64,000 nt of DNA from Polyangiaceae bacterium. Lineage in GTDB: Bacteria; Myxococcota_A; Polyangia; Polyangiales; Polyangiaceae. Of this stretch, positions 1-8,297 are shown piece after piece. Below the pieces are notes generated by a model. It was not told where the DNA came from. It did not search any database and saw only the letters and a list, made by a program, of their open reading frames with translations. Position 1 is the stretch's first letter. Every line of letters begins with the position of its first letter. The stretch is from positions 2,665 through 66,664 of the forward strand of contig JAFGBI010000098.1 in the NCBI GenBank assembly GCA_016933275.1, given 5' to 3'. A program made the translations under genes and the position numbers.

Positions 1-1
1 C

Positions 2-2443
2 ATGGAGCTTCGGGGCGATCTCTCGGCGACCCAGCGCTTCTCCGCCATCTCCGATTTTCTGCTCGGGGACGGCCTAGGATCCTCGGCGTGGGCGCCGAGC
101 TTCGTCACGGCGGCAGACGCGAGCTTGGCCAATGCCCGCGCCGCGTGGCTCGCCCAGCAGGATCGGGGGCTCCAGATGCAGCTCACCGCGAGTGAGCAGG
201 CGGCGGAGATCGCCCGGGTGAAGACCCCCTACGCCGAGGCCGTGCAGGAGCTGTGCGGTGCCGTCGCTGGAACGACCGCCATGCAGGTCTTGGACTCGGA
301 CGACCTGGATCCAGCGACCTGCTACCGCCTGACCGGGGACGAGAGCCCCGACTGTGGTCGTACCTCGGCCGAGGAGGCAGTGGCAAACTCCCGCGCTCTC
401 GCCGAGATCGACCAGCAAGACATCGACTACCTCTTCTGCATGGCGCGCGAGCTCAGCAACCGGGCTGGCTCGAATGCGGGATTCCGCGGGGGTGACCTCG
501 AGCACTGGCGCAAGAGTTGCGAGGCCGCGTCCGGCGAAGCAGTCCTGGCGGACTGTCCAGAAGATGTTGGCCCAGGGCCTACGCTGTGTCTCAGCTGTGA
601 GCCCGAGCCGACGGTCCCACCACCACCCGGGACCTACTACACCTATATACCAGAGTCCTACTCCGCCAAGACGCCAGAGGACTTCCTGCTCACAGCCGAG
701 CAGGCGTCGGCCGACATGTTGGCCGAGGTCAGGGAATTCTGCGGCGAACCGCCGGACCTGCCCGGCCTGCCCGTCGACGCGGACGCGAAGCAGCGCGCCG
801 AGTGCTACCGTGGCACTCTGGGGGAGCTCGCTCTGACCGTACACGCCATCGCCAAGGACGTGGAGATCGCCCGGTCCGAGCTGCAGGACCATCAGGACGC
901 GTACGATATCGTCATGCAGGGTTGTCTCATCCGCCAGCTGGGCGGGCAGCAACTCTTGACTGCCCAAGACCTCCACCGGCAGACCATGAACGAGCTGGCA
1001 GACGACCGGCGGAATTCGCTCGTCGCGGCAGAGGCGCTGGACGCAGCGGTGACCTGTGCCGAGCTGGTCTCCGATATCAACATACCGGTTGCGGCGTTGT
1101 CGGGGTGGGCCGCAGGAATTGGCTGTGCCGCCGGAGTCGGCAGGGCGGTGGCCATGGGGTTCGCCCATGGCTACGAAGCTGCCATGACCCGCGCCGAGCA
1201 GGACCACGAGGTGGTGATGATGGCCATCGAGAACAGCATCGCCGATCGGTCCTGCTTCAACGACGCAGAGCTCGAGCTGGTGGGGGTCCGCACCGCCGGG
1301 CTGGCGTTGCAGCGAGCGGCGATCGAAATGGAGACGACGCTGCTCCAGTTCGAGAACGGCAAGCGTAGTGCCGCGGCGCTGTACCGCACCGGGCGGGCCA
1401 TCGAGCAAGCGGTCGCCGGCCGCACGGTGTGGCCCAAGCAGTACGACTACTGGGTCGACCAGCAGGTGGAGACGTTCAAGTCCCGGATGAGCCTGGCCAA
1501 GCGGTTCACGTATCTCGCGGTGCTCGCTACGGAATACGAGCACCAGTTGTCGATCTCGGGCACTTCGGGCGGCCTGCGCCAGGCAACCCTGGCCGCTCAG
1601 TTGCCGGGTGATCTCGAGTCGGTCCTGTCCGAGCTCTGGCAGGCCGCCGGCACGCGCACGATCCGCGGCAACCGACCCACCGAGCTCAAGGTGGTGTTGA
1701 GTCTTCGGGACCAGCTGTTGCAGCTCGCGGACCACTCCCAACTGCCGGACACCGAGCTTCAGCTCACCGAACGGGAGCGCTTCCAGCTGCTGCTGCAGTC
1801 TCCGACCTATGGAGTCTTCGACGAGAACGGCTCGTATCTGGGGCAGAGGATCCCCTTTCAGCTCGCGCCGCTCGCCGAACTCGGGCTGGGGCAATCTACC
1901 GGAATTCCACTCTACGCAGAGAATGATTGCGCCGAGCGCGTGTGGTCGGTCAACGCGTCGATCATCGGCGGCGCCGAAAGCTCCGAGGGGGGGAGCCTGG
2001 ATCGCGAAGACCTATATCGCGGCAGTGACCAAACCTTCATCCGGCTCGACCTGCTCAAGCTCAACACGTTCTACAGCCAGTGGTGTGGCCAGCCGCCAGG
2101 CGAGCTGGGCCGGTTCCAGACCGCCACCGTGCGCCCGTCACGCAACCTGTTCCGTGGCGCGCCGGACGGCTTTGACCCGGCGGCGGGAGAAGAGGCCCGC
2201 TACAGTCGGGCCCGCATCGAGGCGTACTTCAACGTGCCGCGCGTCGACTTCGAGGCCGACGAGTACGCTAACGGGGACACCTCCGAGCTGGCTGCTCGCG
2301 GCCTGTACGGTGAGTATGCGTTGTTCATTCCCGCGGCGGTGCTCAGCGACCAGCAGAGCGACGGCACCCACACCGACGGGCTGAACCTGGACGAGGTCGA
2401 CGACATCCTGCTGCGCCTGGACTACCTGTCCGTGGCGCGGTGA
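2..2443 (+). CDS. large hypothetical protein, 5'-truncated at window edge; tentatively Tc-toxin A-subunit-like C-terminal region
   Basis: Open from the window edge to TGA 2441-2443. Composition is protein-like, whereas the antisense ORF 74..1894 is R/G/P-rich shadow. It has a Gly/Ala hydrophobic hairpin (AALSGWAAGIGCAAGVGRAVAMGFA). The helical segment QYDYWVDQQVETFKSRMSLAKRFTYLAVLATEYEHQ and the C-terminus LDEVDDILLRLDYLSVAR recall TcA-family C-termini from memory only. Confidence 0.7.
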   Translation: MELRGDLSATQRFSAISDFLLGDGLGSSAWAPSFVTAADASLANARAAWLAQQDRGLQMQLTASEQAAEIARVKTPYAEAVQELCGAVAGTTAMQVLDSDDLDPATCYRLTGDESPDCGRTSAEEAVANSRALAEIDQQDIDYLFCMARELSNRAGSNAGFRGGDLEHWRKSCEAASGEAVLADCPEDVGPGPTLCLSCEPEPTVPPPPGTYYTYIPESYSAKTPEDFLLTAEQASADMLAEVREFCGEPPDLPGLPVDADAKQRAECYRGTLGELALTVHAIAKDVEIARSELQDHQDAYDIVMQGCLIRQLGGQQLLTAQDLHRQTMNELADDRRNSLVAAEALDAAVTCAELVSDINIPVAALSGWAAGIGCAAGVGRAVAMGFAHGYEAAMTRAEQDHEVVMMAIENSIADRSCFNDAELELVGVRTAGLALQRAAIEMETTLLQFENGKRSAAALYRTGRAIEQAVAGRTVWPKQYDYWVDQQVETFKSRMSLAKRFTYLAVLATEYEHQLSISGTSGGLRQATLAAQLPGDLESVLSELWQAAGTRTIRGNRPTELKVVLSLRDQLLQLADHSQLPDTELQLTERERFQLLLQSPTYGVFDENGSYLGQRIPFQLAPLAELGLGQSTGIPLYAENDCAERVWSVNASIIGGAESSEGGSLDREDLYRGSDQTFIRLDLLKLNTFYSQWCGQPPGELGRFQTATVRPSRNLFRGAPDGFDPAAGEEARYSRARIEAYFNVPRVDFEADEYANGDTSELAARGLYGEYALFIPAAVLSDQQSDGTHTDGLNLDEVDDILLRLDYLSVAR

Positions 2444-2468
2444 CCCGGAGCACAGGAAGGGAAGGACC

Positions 2469-3143
2469 GTGAGACACATCTGGCAGGTCTTGACGCTGGT
2501 CGTGCCCATCTGGGTCGCGTCTTGCGGCGGTGGCTCCCATTCGGGCGGCGCCCAAGAGCAGGGCGGCGCCGGTGGCGATGGGGCCGCCGACGGCCGGGGG
2601 GGCCGGGCCACGGGGGTAGCCGGTGCCGCCTCGGATCGGGGTGGGTCAAGCGCGGCGGAGGGCGGCACTCCGCCGAGCGGCGGAGAACCTGCCCGAGGCG
2701 GTGCGGCCGGCACCACCGTTGCCGCCACGGGCGGCGTCACCACGGGCGGCGTCACCACGGGCGGCGTCACCACGGGCGGCGTCACCACGGGCGGCGTCGC
2801 CGCCACCGCGGGCGCGGCCGGTGCAGCCGGTACTGCGGGCACGGCTGGCGCCGCGGGCGGCGTCGTCCTCCCTGGCACCGGTGGCGCGCCTCAAGGCGGT
2901 AGCGCCGGCGCCAATAGCGCCGGCACCGGGGGTGCGGCGACGGGCGGCGACACCGGAACCACCGCCTGCCCGGTCGGGACGCTGAGCTGCCGGTGCCGTA
3001 CGGACGGCACCTGCGACGAGCCGGGATTGTGCTTGGGGGAGCAGGAGCCCCGCTGCCATCTCGTGGCGGTGTGGGCCCCGTACGACGGGGGAGATCCAGG
3101 TTTGGAGCAGATGTGGTGGGCCGACCAAGGAGTCTGGCAATGA
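2469..3143 (+). CDS. secreted lipoprotein with Gly-rich GGVTT repeat linker and Cys-rich C-terminal module
   Basis: GTG start preceded by GGAAGGGAAGGA. Signal peptide plus lipobox (LVVPIWVASC). Contains (GGVTT)x4. Starts 25 nt after the upstream stop. Confidence 0.75.
   Translation: MRHIWQVLTLVVPIWVASCGGGSHSGGAQEQGGAGGDGAADGRGGRATGVAGAASDRGGSSAAEGGTPPSGGEPARGGAAGTTVAATGGVTTGGVTTGGVTTGGVTTGGVAATAGAAGAAGTAGTAGAAGGVVLPGTGGAPQGGSAGANSAGTGGAATGGDTGTTACPVGTLSCRCRTDGTCDEPGLCLGEQEPRCHLVAVWAPYDGGDPGLEQMWWADQGVWQ
2728..2798 (+). repeat. 15-bp tandem repeat (about 4.5 units, GGCGGCGTCACCACG) encoding GGVTT pentapeptides
   Basis: Direct reading of nt 2721-2800 inside CDS 2469..3143. Confidence 0.85.
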
Positions 3144-4030
3144 GCAAGGAGCGAGCAATGAGCAGCACGAAGCGCAACGCGTTGGACGAACAGGCTAGGA
3201 TCGAACTGGTGCTGGAGCTCCTCGGCGGCGATACCACCGTGGCTCAGGCTGCTGAGCGGCGCGGGCTCGACCCGGCCGAGGTCGAATGCTGGAAAAAGTT
3301 CTATGTGGACGGGCTCCGGCACGCCGCGAGCGCAGGCAGGAATTCCTGGTTCAAGCGCCTGGGTCGCGCAGCGCGGCAGCGACCGCTGGCGGCCACCGGC
3401 GGTGCGCTCGCCGCCCTGGCGGTACTCCTGGTGCCCATGAGCGCCCTGTCCGAGACCCCGGCAGGCTGCGCTGACGCCGGGAGCATGGACCTATGCCTGT
3501 TCGCCGCCGGGGAGCCCGCCGTCGCCGAGGAGGTGAACAGCAACTTCAGCAAGATCCTCGGCTGGCTCGAGCAGAAGGTCGGGATGGTGGGCAGCCCGGA
3601 CATCGCGACGACGGGCGACGTCACGGCCAACCAGGTGTCGGCCGCCGCGGTGACCGCCGGCGCAATGGAGGCCCCTTCCGTGACGGTCGGTCAGGATGGT
3701 CTGGTGGTCGAGGGGCCCTTGACGGTGGGCGGCGATAGCCCGCTGGTCATGAAGCTCGTGGAAATGGGCGAAAACACGGGGCCGGTCAGTACGTATGTGT
3801 CCACAACCGACTGGAACTGTTTCGTCGGCGGAATGGCCATGTTAAACGGTGACATTCAAGAGAACGGCCCGGGGAACCCCCTGTTCGCCTACACGTATCC
3901 ATCGGACGGCATCTGGCAGGTTACCGCCGATTTCCGGACTCACACCACCCATGAGGTGCATACTATCGGTGTGGTGTGCGTCAGCACGAGTGTATCGCGC
4001 GTCGAATCCTGGTGGTTCGCTCGGCCCTGA
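3140..4030 (+). CDS. membrane-tethered protein: N-terminal transposase-type HTH, one TM helix, extracytoplasmic domain of unknown function
   Basis: The ATG at 3140 overlaps the upstream TGA (ATGA coupling). N-terminus MSKERAMSSTKRNALDEQARIELVLELLGGDTTVAQAAERRGLDPAEVECWKKFY resembles IS3-orfA/DUF1153-type HTH. TM helix is GGALAALAVLLVPMSAL. The track ORF start at 2993 was rejected because it overlaps the previous gene. Confidence 0.7.
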   Translation: MSKERAMSSTKRNALDEQARIELVLELLGGDTTVAQAAERRGLDPAEVECWKKFYVDGLRHAASAGRNSWFKRLGRAARQRPLAATGGALAALAVLLVPMSALSETPAGCADAGSMDLCLFAAGEPAVAEEVNSNFSKILGWLEQKVGMVGSPDIATTGDVTANQVSAAAVTAGAMEAPSVTVGQDGLVVEGPLTVGGDSPLVMKLVEMGENTGPVSTYVSTTDWNCFVGGMAMLNGDIQENGPGNPLFAYTYPSDGIWQVTADFRTHTTHEVHTIGVVCVSTSVSRVESWWFARP

Positions 4031-4218
4031 GCTGGTCCGGATCCCGCTGTCATCCGCGCCGGCGCTGGGTGAGCGACCGCCCCGCGCCGGTACGGATGAG
4101 AGGTGCCTTCGGGGTGCGCCGTCGGCGCGGCCTCGACTCTCCGCGTGGGTGCAGCGGCGGGGGAGGGCACGCTGCAGATCCAAACCACACCTGGAGCACC
4201 GATCAGGAGGTCCGTGAC

Positions 4219-4295
4219 GTCACGGCCGAGCTCCGCGCGCTGGGGCGTTGGCAGTTGGGTTCGCGGGCGGAGGGGCTCCTCAACGGCAGCCTCGG
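4219..4295. repeat. 77-nt segment 95% identical (4 mismatches) to nt 16615-16691 inside the double-VWA gene
   Basis: Hand alignment of GTCACGGCCGAGCTCCGC...GGCAGCCTCGG in both places, same orientation. Weaker similarity continues a few codons on each side. Confidence 0.9.
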
Positions 4296-4376
4296 GCGAG
4301 CCAGAGAAGGTCGGCGCGGGGCGTCACCGGCCGAGGGTGCCACAAGGCGAGGAGGCGTGATAGTTACTACCCGCCC

Positions 4377-4973
4377 ATGAGCTACACGGAAACCTTCCTC
4401 GACGAGGCTGCACGCATCGTCGCCGCCATCGATCGCGCTGCCATCGACCGGCTCGTGGACGAGTTCGTCGCCATTCGCGAGAGGAAGGGGCGCGTGTTCG
4501 TGCTCGGGGTCGGAGGAGGCGCAGGAAACGCGGGGCACGCCGTCAACGACTTCCGCAAGATCTGTGGGATCGAGGCCTACGCCCCAACCGACAACGTCTC
4601 CGAGCTCACGGCACGAGTGAACGACGACGGCTGGGCCTCCTCCTTCGCGAACTGGCTCGTCGTGAGCCGGCTCTCGCCGCTGGACCTCGTGGTCGTCTTC
4701 TCCGTCGGCGGCGGCAACCTCGCGAAGAACGTGAGTCCGAATCTGGTGGAGGCGCTCAAGCTCGCCGTCCGGGTCGGCGCCCGCATCGGCGGCGTCGTGG
4801 GGCGTGACGGTGGCTACCTCGGCGAGGTCGCGCACGCCGCGGTGATCGTCCCCACGGTGAACCCCGCCACCGTCACCCCTCACACGGAGGCGTTCCAGGC
4901 CGTGGTGTGGCACCTTCTCGTGTCACATCCGCGGCTCCTCGTGAACGAGATGAAGTGGGAGTCGGTGCGCTGA
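4377..4973 (+). CDS. SIS-domain sugar phosphate isomerase-like protein (GmhA/DiaA-like fold)
   Basis: MSYTETFLDEAARIVAAID...VFVLGVGGGAGNAGHAVNDF...VVFSVGGGN...VALKLAVRVGARIGGVVGRDGG matches the SIS-domain layout. Start moved to the internal ATG at 4377. Confidence 0.8.
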   Translation: MSYTETFLDEAARIVAAIDRAAIDRLVDEFVAIRERKGRVFVLGVGGGAGNAGHAVNDFRKICGIEAYAPTDNVSELTARVNDDGWASSFANWLVVSRLSPLDLVVVFSVGGGNLAKNVSPNLVEALKLAVRVGARIGGVVGRDGGYLGEVAHAAVIVPTVNPATVTPHTEAFQAVVWHLLVSHPRLLVNEMKWESVR

Positions 4974-5286
4974 GGTCGAGCAGTCGCGGACCGCCCAGCG
5001 TTCGCTCGTAGAGTTGCCACGAACCGCAATCGCACCGGCAGGGCAACGCGGGCCGGTCTCGAGTCCGGAATGGCTCCTGGCCTGGGAGTACGTTTGAGGC
5101 CTTCTCACGTCCGAACGCGATGACCAGCCCCCCAGCGACGCTGCCGTCCGCGAATCGAGGACCAGTGGCTCCCGTCAACCCCACCAGATAGACCGTGCCG
5201 AAGAACAGCAGCCAACGGTAGGGATGGGCGAGCAGCGGCACTGCGATGGTGACCGAGTGATCCCCCAAATCGGGCGGGAGGCTCAC
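4873..5286 (-). CDS. small putative membrane protein (two hydrophobic helices); 3' end uncertain
   Basis: The GTG at 5284-5286 overlaps the upstream TGA (GTGA). VSLPPDLGDHSVTIAVPLLAHPYRWLLFFGTVYLVGLTGATG has good GC3 for about 60 codons, then GC3 decays. The tail overlaps the convergent SIS gene. Confidence 0.35.
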   Translation of the reverse strand: MSLPPDLGDHSVTIAVPLLAHPYRWLLFFGTVYLVGLTGATGPRFADGSVAGGLVIAFGREKASNVLPGQEPFRTRDRPALPCRCDCGSWQLYERTLGGPRLLDLSAPTPTSSRSRGAADVTREGATPRPGTPPCEG

Positions 5287-6076
5287 GGATCCATCCCGAA
5301 GCACTCCGCGATGTCGGACGGCAGCTCGTCGAAGTCGTCCCCGATGCGGCGTCCTGGTCGCAGTCGGCGTCGTGGCAGTCGGTGCGCCCGTCGCCGTCGT
5401 TGTCGACCCCGTCGCGGCACTGCTCGGCGCAGGCGTCGCCGGAGCAGGTCTCCTCGCCGTCGCCGTCCTCCGTGTCGCCGCCGCAGGCCCCGGCGACGAC
5501 CGCGTTCGCGAGCTCCCGCGAAACCCCGCCCAAGAGCTCCGCGGCGTAGGCCAGGAACCTTTCAGAGGAGCGCTCTCACTCGGTCGAGAGGACGTGGACA
5601 GCGTGACGCCGCGTGTGCTTCGGCTCGACCCAATCATCGGTCGACTCCGTCGTGCAGTCGGTCACCTCGCCGCCGTCCGCTCGGTAGAACTCGATCCCGG
5701 CGCCGCCGTTTCTGACCGTCAGACCGTGGAAGGTCATGTCCGGCGTCTTCCCGGCCTGCAGCACGACTCCATCCGTGCCGCCACCGTCGATCACCGGGTG
5801 GGCGCCAGGCGCGGCGCAGAGCGTGGTGCGGCCACCGGAACCCGCCGGAACGTGCCAGAAGTCGACCGTCTCCTCGTAGGTACCATCCGCGATCCAGACC
5901 GTGTCGCTGGTTTCCAGCACCGCTAGGAGGTCGTTGATGCGCTGGAACGGCGCCGCCTCCGAACCGTCGCCGCCGGCCGATGCAGCCTGGTCGACCCACC
6001 AATCCGCCGCCGCTGCATTCGCGCTCAGCCCGAGCGCGCCGAACGCCGCCAACACACCGATACCCCGCCGCGTCAC
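5283..6076 (-). pseudogene. disrupted secreted right-handed beta-helix (DUF1565/pectate-lyase-like) protein with C-terminal Cys/Asp-rich metal-binding-type motif
   Basis: GTG 6076 with signal VTRRGIGVLAAFGALGLSANAAAA, then a beta-helix N-terminus (VWIADGTYEETV...GLTVRNGGAGIEF). There is an in-frame TGA at 5576-5578. The same frame continues with high GC3 into CRDGVDNDGDGRTDCHDADCDQD. A 1-nt frame change at the GGGG run near 5343-5347 leads to GDDFDELPSDIAECFGMDP and a stop at 5283. Confidence 0.6.
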
Positions 6077-6311
6077 CGGAGAAGCGTAGGTGGGATCGAC
6101 GGCGCGTTCAACCGCCGGCGGTCCATACGCAGCCACCGTGAGGGGCGCTACGGGAAGCAGGCCGTGATGAGTCGCTCGGTCTTGCTCTCTGGGCCGAGTT
6201 CCCAGAAGCGCGTCGCGCCTCACTCGGACGGGTATTACGTGGTACCATGTTGATCCCCCTCGAGGCGACGATGCAGCCGTGCAGGTGCAAGGAGGGGCCA
6301 GGGAGGAAATC

Positions 6312-8123
6312 ATGGACCGTGTGGGAGTTCGTTTCGGCCTGATCGCACTCGCTACCATCGGTTCCTTCGCTGGGTCCTGCTCGTCGAAGGAGGAGGAGAA
6401 GGACCACGCCGCCGGCGCCTCGGGAACGGAGGCCGGAGGGGCGAGTGCTACGGATGGACGTGGTACCGGTGGCGGGGCAATCGGTGGTGCCGGCACCGGC
6501 GGACGAACCACGGGCGGCATCGCCACAGGCGGGAATGGTGGGAACGATGTAGCCGGCGCCCCGACCACGGGTGGCAGCGCGACCGGCGGCGAAGGTGCGG
6601 GCGGGGCCGTTGGCGGGGCCGAGCCGACCGGTGGTGTCTCGCCGGCTGGCGCTTCGAACGGGGGCGCAGTGCTCGGTGGCGCGACCTCGGGCGGTGCGTC
6701 GCCGACGGGGGGCGCTGCCGGAGGCGGCGACCTGGCCGGGGCCGCCGGCGTCGTGCTCACCGACACGCTCACGCAGTACGGCATCACCTGGCACTTGGCC
6801 GAACCGGCGCTCGTCGGGCAGTTCGTGAACGGCGACTATTACGTCGTCGGTCCGGTCACCGTGGTCGCGATCACGCCGGAGCCCCTCTACGACGACGAGA
6901 TCCCCGCGAGCGAGATCGGACCCCGCGAAACCGAGTGGCGCGCGGACGATCAGACCTACGTGCGGAACGGCTTCATGCTGGATCCGCCGGCCAACACCGA
7001 TGTCGCGTACGACAGCGCGATTCGGAACTACTTCCAGCCCGATCTGGTACAGCGCCTACCGGTTGCCATGCAGCCGGGCGATTCGCTCGTCTCGACCATC
7101 AGTATGCTGATGGCGGACGAGGTACCCAAGATGCTCGCGAACGAGGACGGCCCGATTGGTCGACGCGAGGAGGGTGACAGCAGCCCGGTGCGGGTGGCCG
7201 CCGTGCTGACCAGCGTGGAACAGGCGCCGCCCGCCGACACCTTCCGCCCCGCCTTCGTGGACGTCGAGAAGGTTCACTATCGAGCCAGCGATCTCCGTCG
7301 CGACGCCTTGCCGCGACTCGACTGCCCGGCGCCGCTCCCCGACGTTCATGAGTTCGCCCGCTACCTCGAACGTCCCTGGGTGAACACGGGGTGGTTTCAC
7401 TTCGATGCCCCCGAAGAGAACATGCCGCTCTACGGGCGTGAGCAGGGGCGCATCGTCGGCATCGCCGGACTCATGCTCATGTGTGACCTCCCAGCGGAGG
7501 AGAGGGAGCAACTGCTCATCCGGTTGGTGCAGGTGGGCATCGATCGCTGGGGCATGTTGGAGGGCGGGCACACGGGGTGGGAGGCCTGGGGTGGGCACCA
7601 CAGCGGGGCGAAGTTCCCCATCGTGCTCGCCGGCATCCTGCTCGGCGATTTGCGCATGGCCTCGCCGTCCGTGACCTACCCGACCGTGGACTTCCAGGAG
7701 GACGAGCAGACGGGATATGGGACGTCGTGGACGGGTGCGGACGTCGTGTTCCTCGGGCATTCGGGGATCAAGACGTCGACCGGCGAGCCCCCGCGGCCCG
7801 ATTGGGGCCCCTATGAGCACCTTCACCCGAGCGAGTGGACCGACGGCAACATCACGAGCGAGAGCTATCGACGCTGCTGTTCGAGCCTGTCCTGGGTTGG
7901 CCAGGCCCTCACGCTTCGCATGCTCCACGCCGAGGCAGAATGGAGCCATGACGCCTGGTTCGACTACGTCGACCGCTGGATGACCGAAGACGATACGGAC
8001 GCGGTTGCGGTCATCCTCACCGAGACGGGCGAGGACTACAGCGCCGACTGGGCGAGACAGGGTCAGTGCTGGGACGAGTTCGTCGAGAACATGTGGGCGC
8101 AGTACCGCACCGATCTGCCTTGA
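6312..8123 (+). CDS. large secreted lipoprotein, Gly-rich linker plus about 430-aa domain of unknown function
   Basis: Strong SD (GGGAGGAAATC-ATG). Lipobox IGSFAGSC. Long TGG/GGA-rich linker followed by a globular, protein-like C-terminal region. Confidence 0.8.
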   Translation: MDRVGVRFGLIALATIGSFAGSCSSKEEEKDHAAGASGTEAGGASATDGRGTGGGAIGGAGTGGRTTGGIATGGNGGNDVAGAPTTGGSATGGEGAGGAVGGAEPTGGVSPAGASNGGAVLGGATSGGASPTGGAAGGGDLAGAAGVVLTDTLTQYGITWHLAEPALVGQFVNGDYYVVGPVTVVAITPEPLYDDEIPASEIGPRETEWRADDQTYVRNGFMLDPPANTDVAYDSAIRNYFQPDLVQRLPVAMQPGDSLVSTISMLMADEVPKMLANEDGPIGRREEGDSSPVRVAAVLTSVEQAPPADTFRPAFVDVEKVHYRASDLRRDALPRLDCPAPLPDVHEFARYLERPWVNTGWFHFDAPEENMPLYGREQGRIVGIAGLMLMCDLPAEEREQLLIRLVQVGIDRWGMLEGGHTGWEAWGGHHSGAKFPIVLAGILLGDLRMASPSVTYPTVDFQEDEQTGYGTSWTGADVVFLGHSGIKTSTGEPPRPDWGPYEHLHPSEWTDGNITSESYRRCCSSLSWVGQALTLRMLHAEAEWSHDAWFDYVDRWMTEDDTDAVAVILTETGEDYSADWARQGQCWDEFVENMWAQYRTDLP

Positions 8124-8183
8124 CCGTCGCTGGGAGCTCGGCTCGGGCGCGTCGCACCCGAGCCGTTCGGCCGAGTCACCCGA

Positions 8184-8297
8184 TCAGAGCTCGGCGCAGG
8201 CCACGCTCCCCTGACAGTCCTCGCGGCACTCGAGACAGCTGAGGGTCGCGGCCTCGGCCTGCACGACCTCGAGGAGGCGCTCCTCGAGGCTCGTCAT
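8184..8297 (-). CDS. 37-aa Cys-rich peptide, candidate RiPP precursor (MTSLEERLLEVVQAEAATLSCLECREDCQGSVACAEL)
   Basis: Below the ORF-track length cutoff. Hand-translated: ATG 8295-8297 to TGA 8184-8186. GC3 is 35/37 codons (only two TGT), with typical high-GC codon choice. The overlapping frame 8176..8436 has about 50% GC3 here. It lies about 550 nt from a divergent rSAM/SPASM gene. Confidence 0.6.
   Translation of the reverse strand: MTSLEERLLEVVQAEAATLSCLECREDCQGSVACAEL

Noticed and set aside
74-1894. 606-aa antisense ORF opposite the first gene. Similar long shadow ORFs occur at 15475..17496, 21900..23471, 24715..26064, 28097..29548, 33289..35412, 36398..38194, 39691..40680, 55548..57227 and 61957..63318.
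   Set aside because: They are R/G/P/A-dominated with no recognisable motifs. Each is co-phased opposite a gene with clear motifs or better GC3. This is typical stop-codon-poor antisense reading in 70% GC DNA.
5105-5533. ORF 5105..5533 as an independent 142-aa gene.
   Set aside because: It is in the same frame as 5576..6076 across a single TGA. Its own second half loses codon bias where the G-run frameshift occurs. It is better explained as part of the disrupted gene 5283..6076.
5576-5578. In-frame TGA as a selenocysteine codon.
   Set aside because: The local context STE-TGA-ERSSE has no redox-type Cys/Sec motif. I saw no obvious SECIS-like hairpin immediately downstream. The same gene also carries a frameshift, so a pseudogene or sequencing error is more parsimonious.
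6077-6787. Pro-rich 237-aa N-terminal extension of minus ORF 5576..6787 (and ORF 6108..6794).
   Set aside because: It is a mirror image of the Gly-rich linker of the plus-strand lipoprotein gene 6312..8123. A proper GTG start with a signal peptide exists at 6076.
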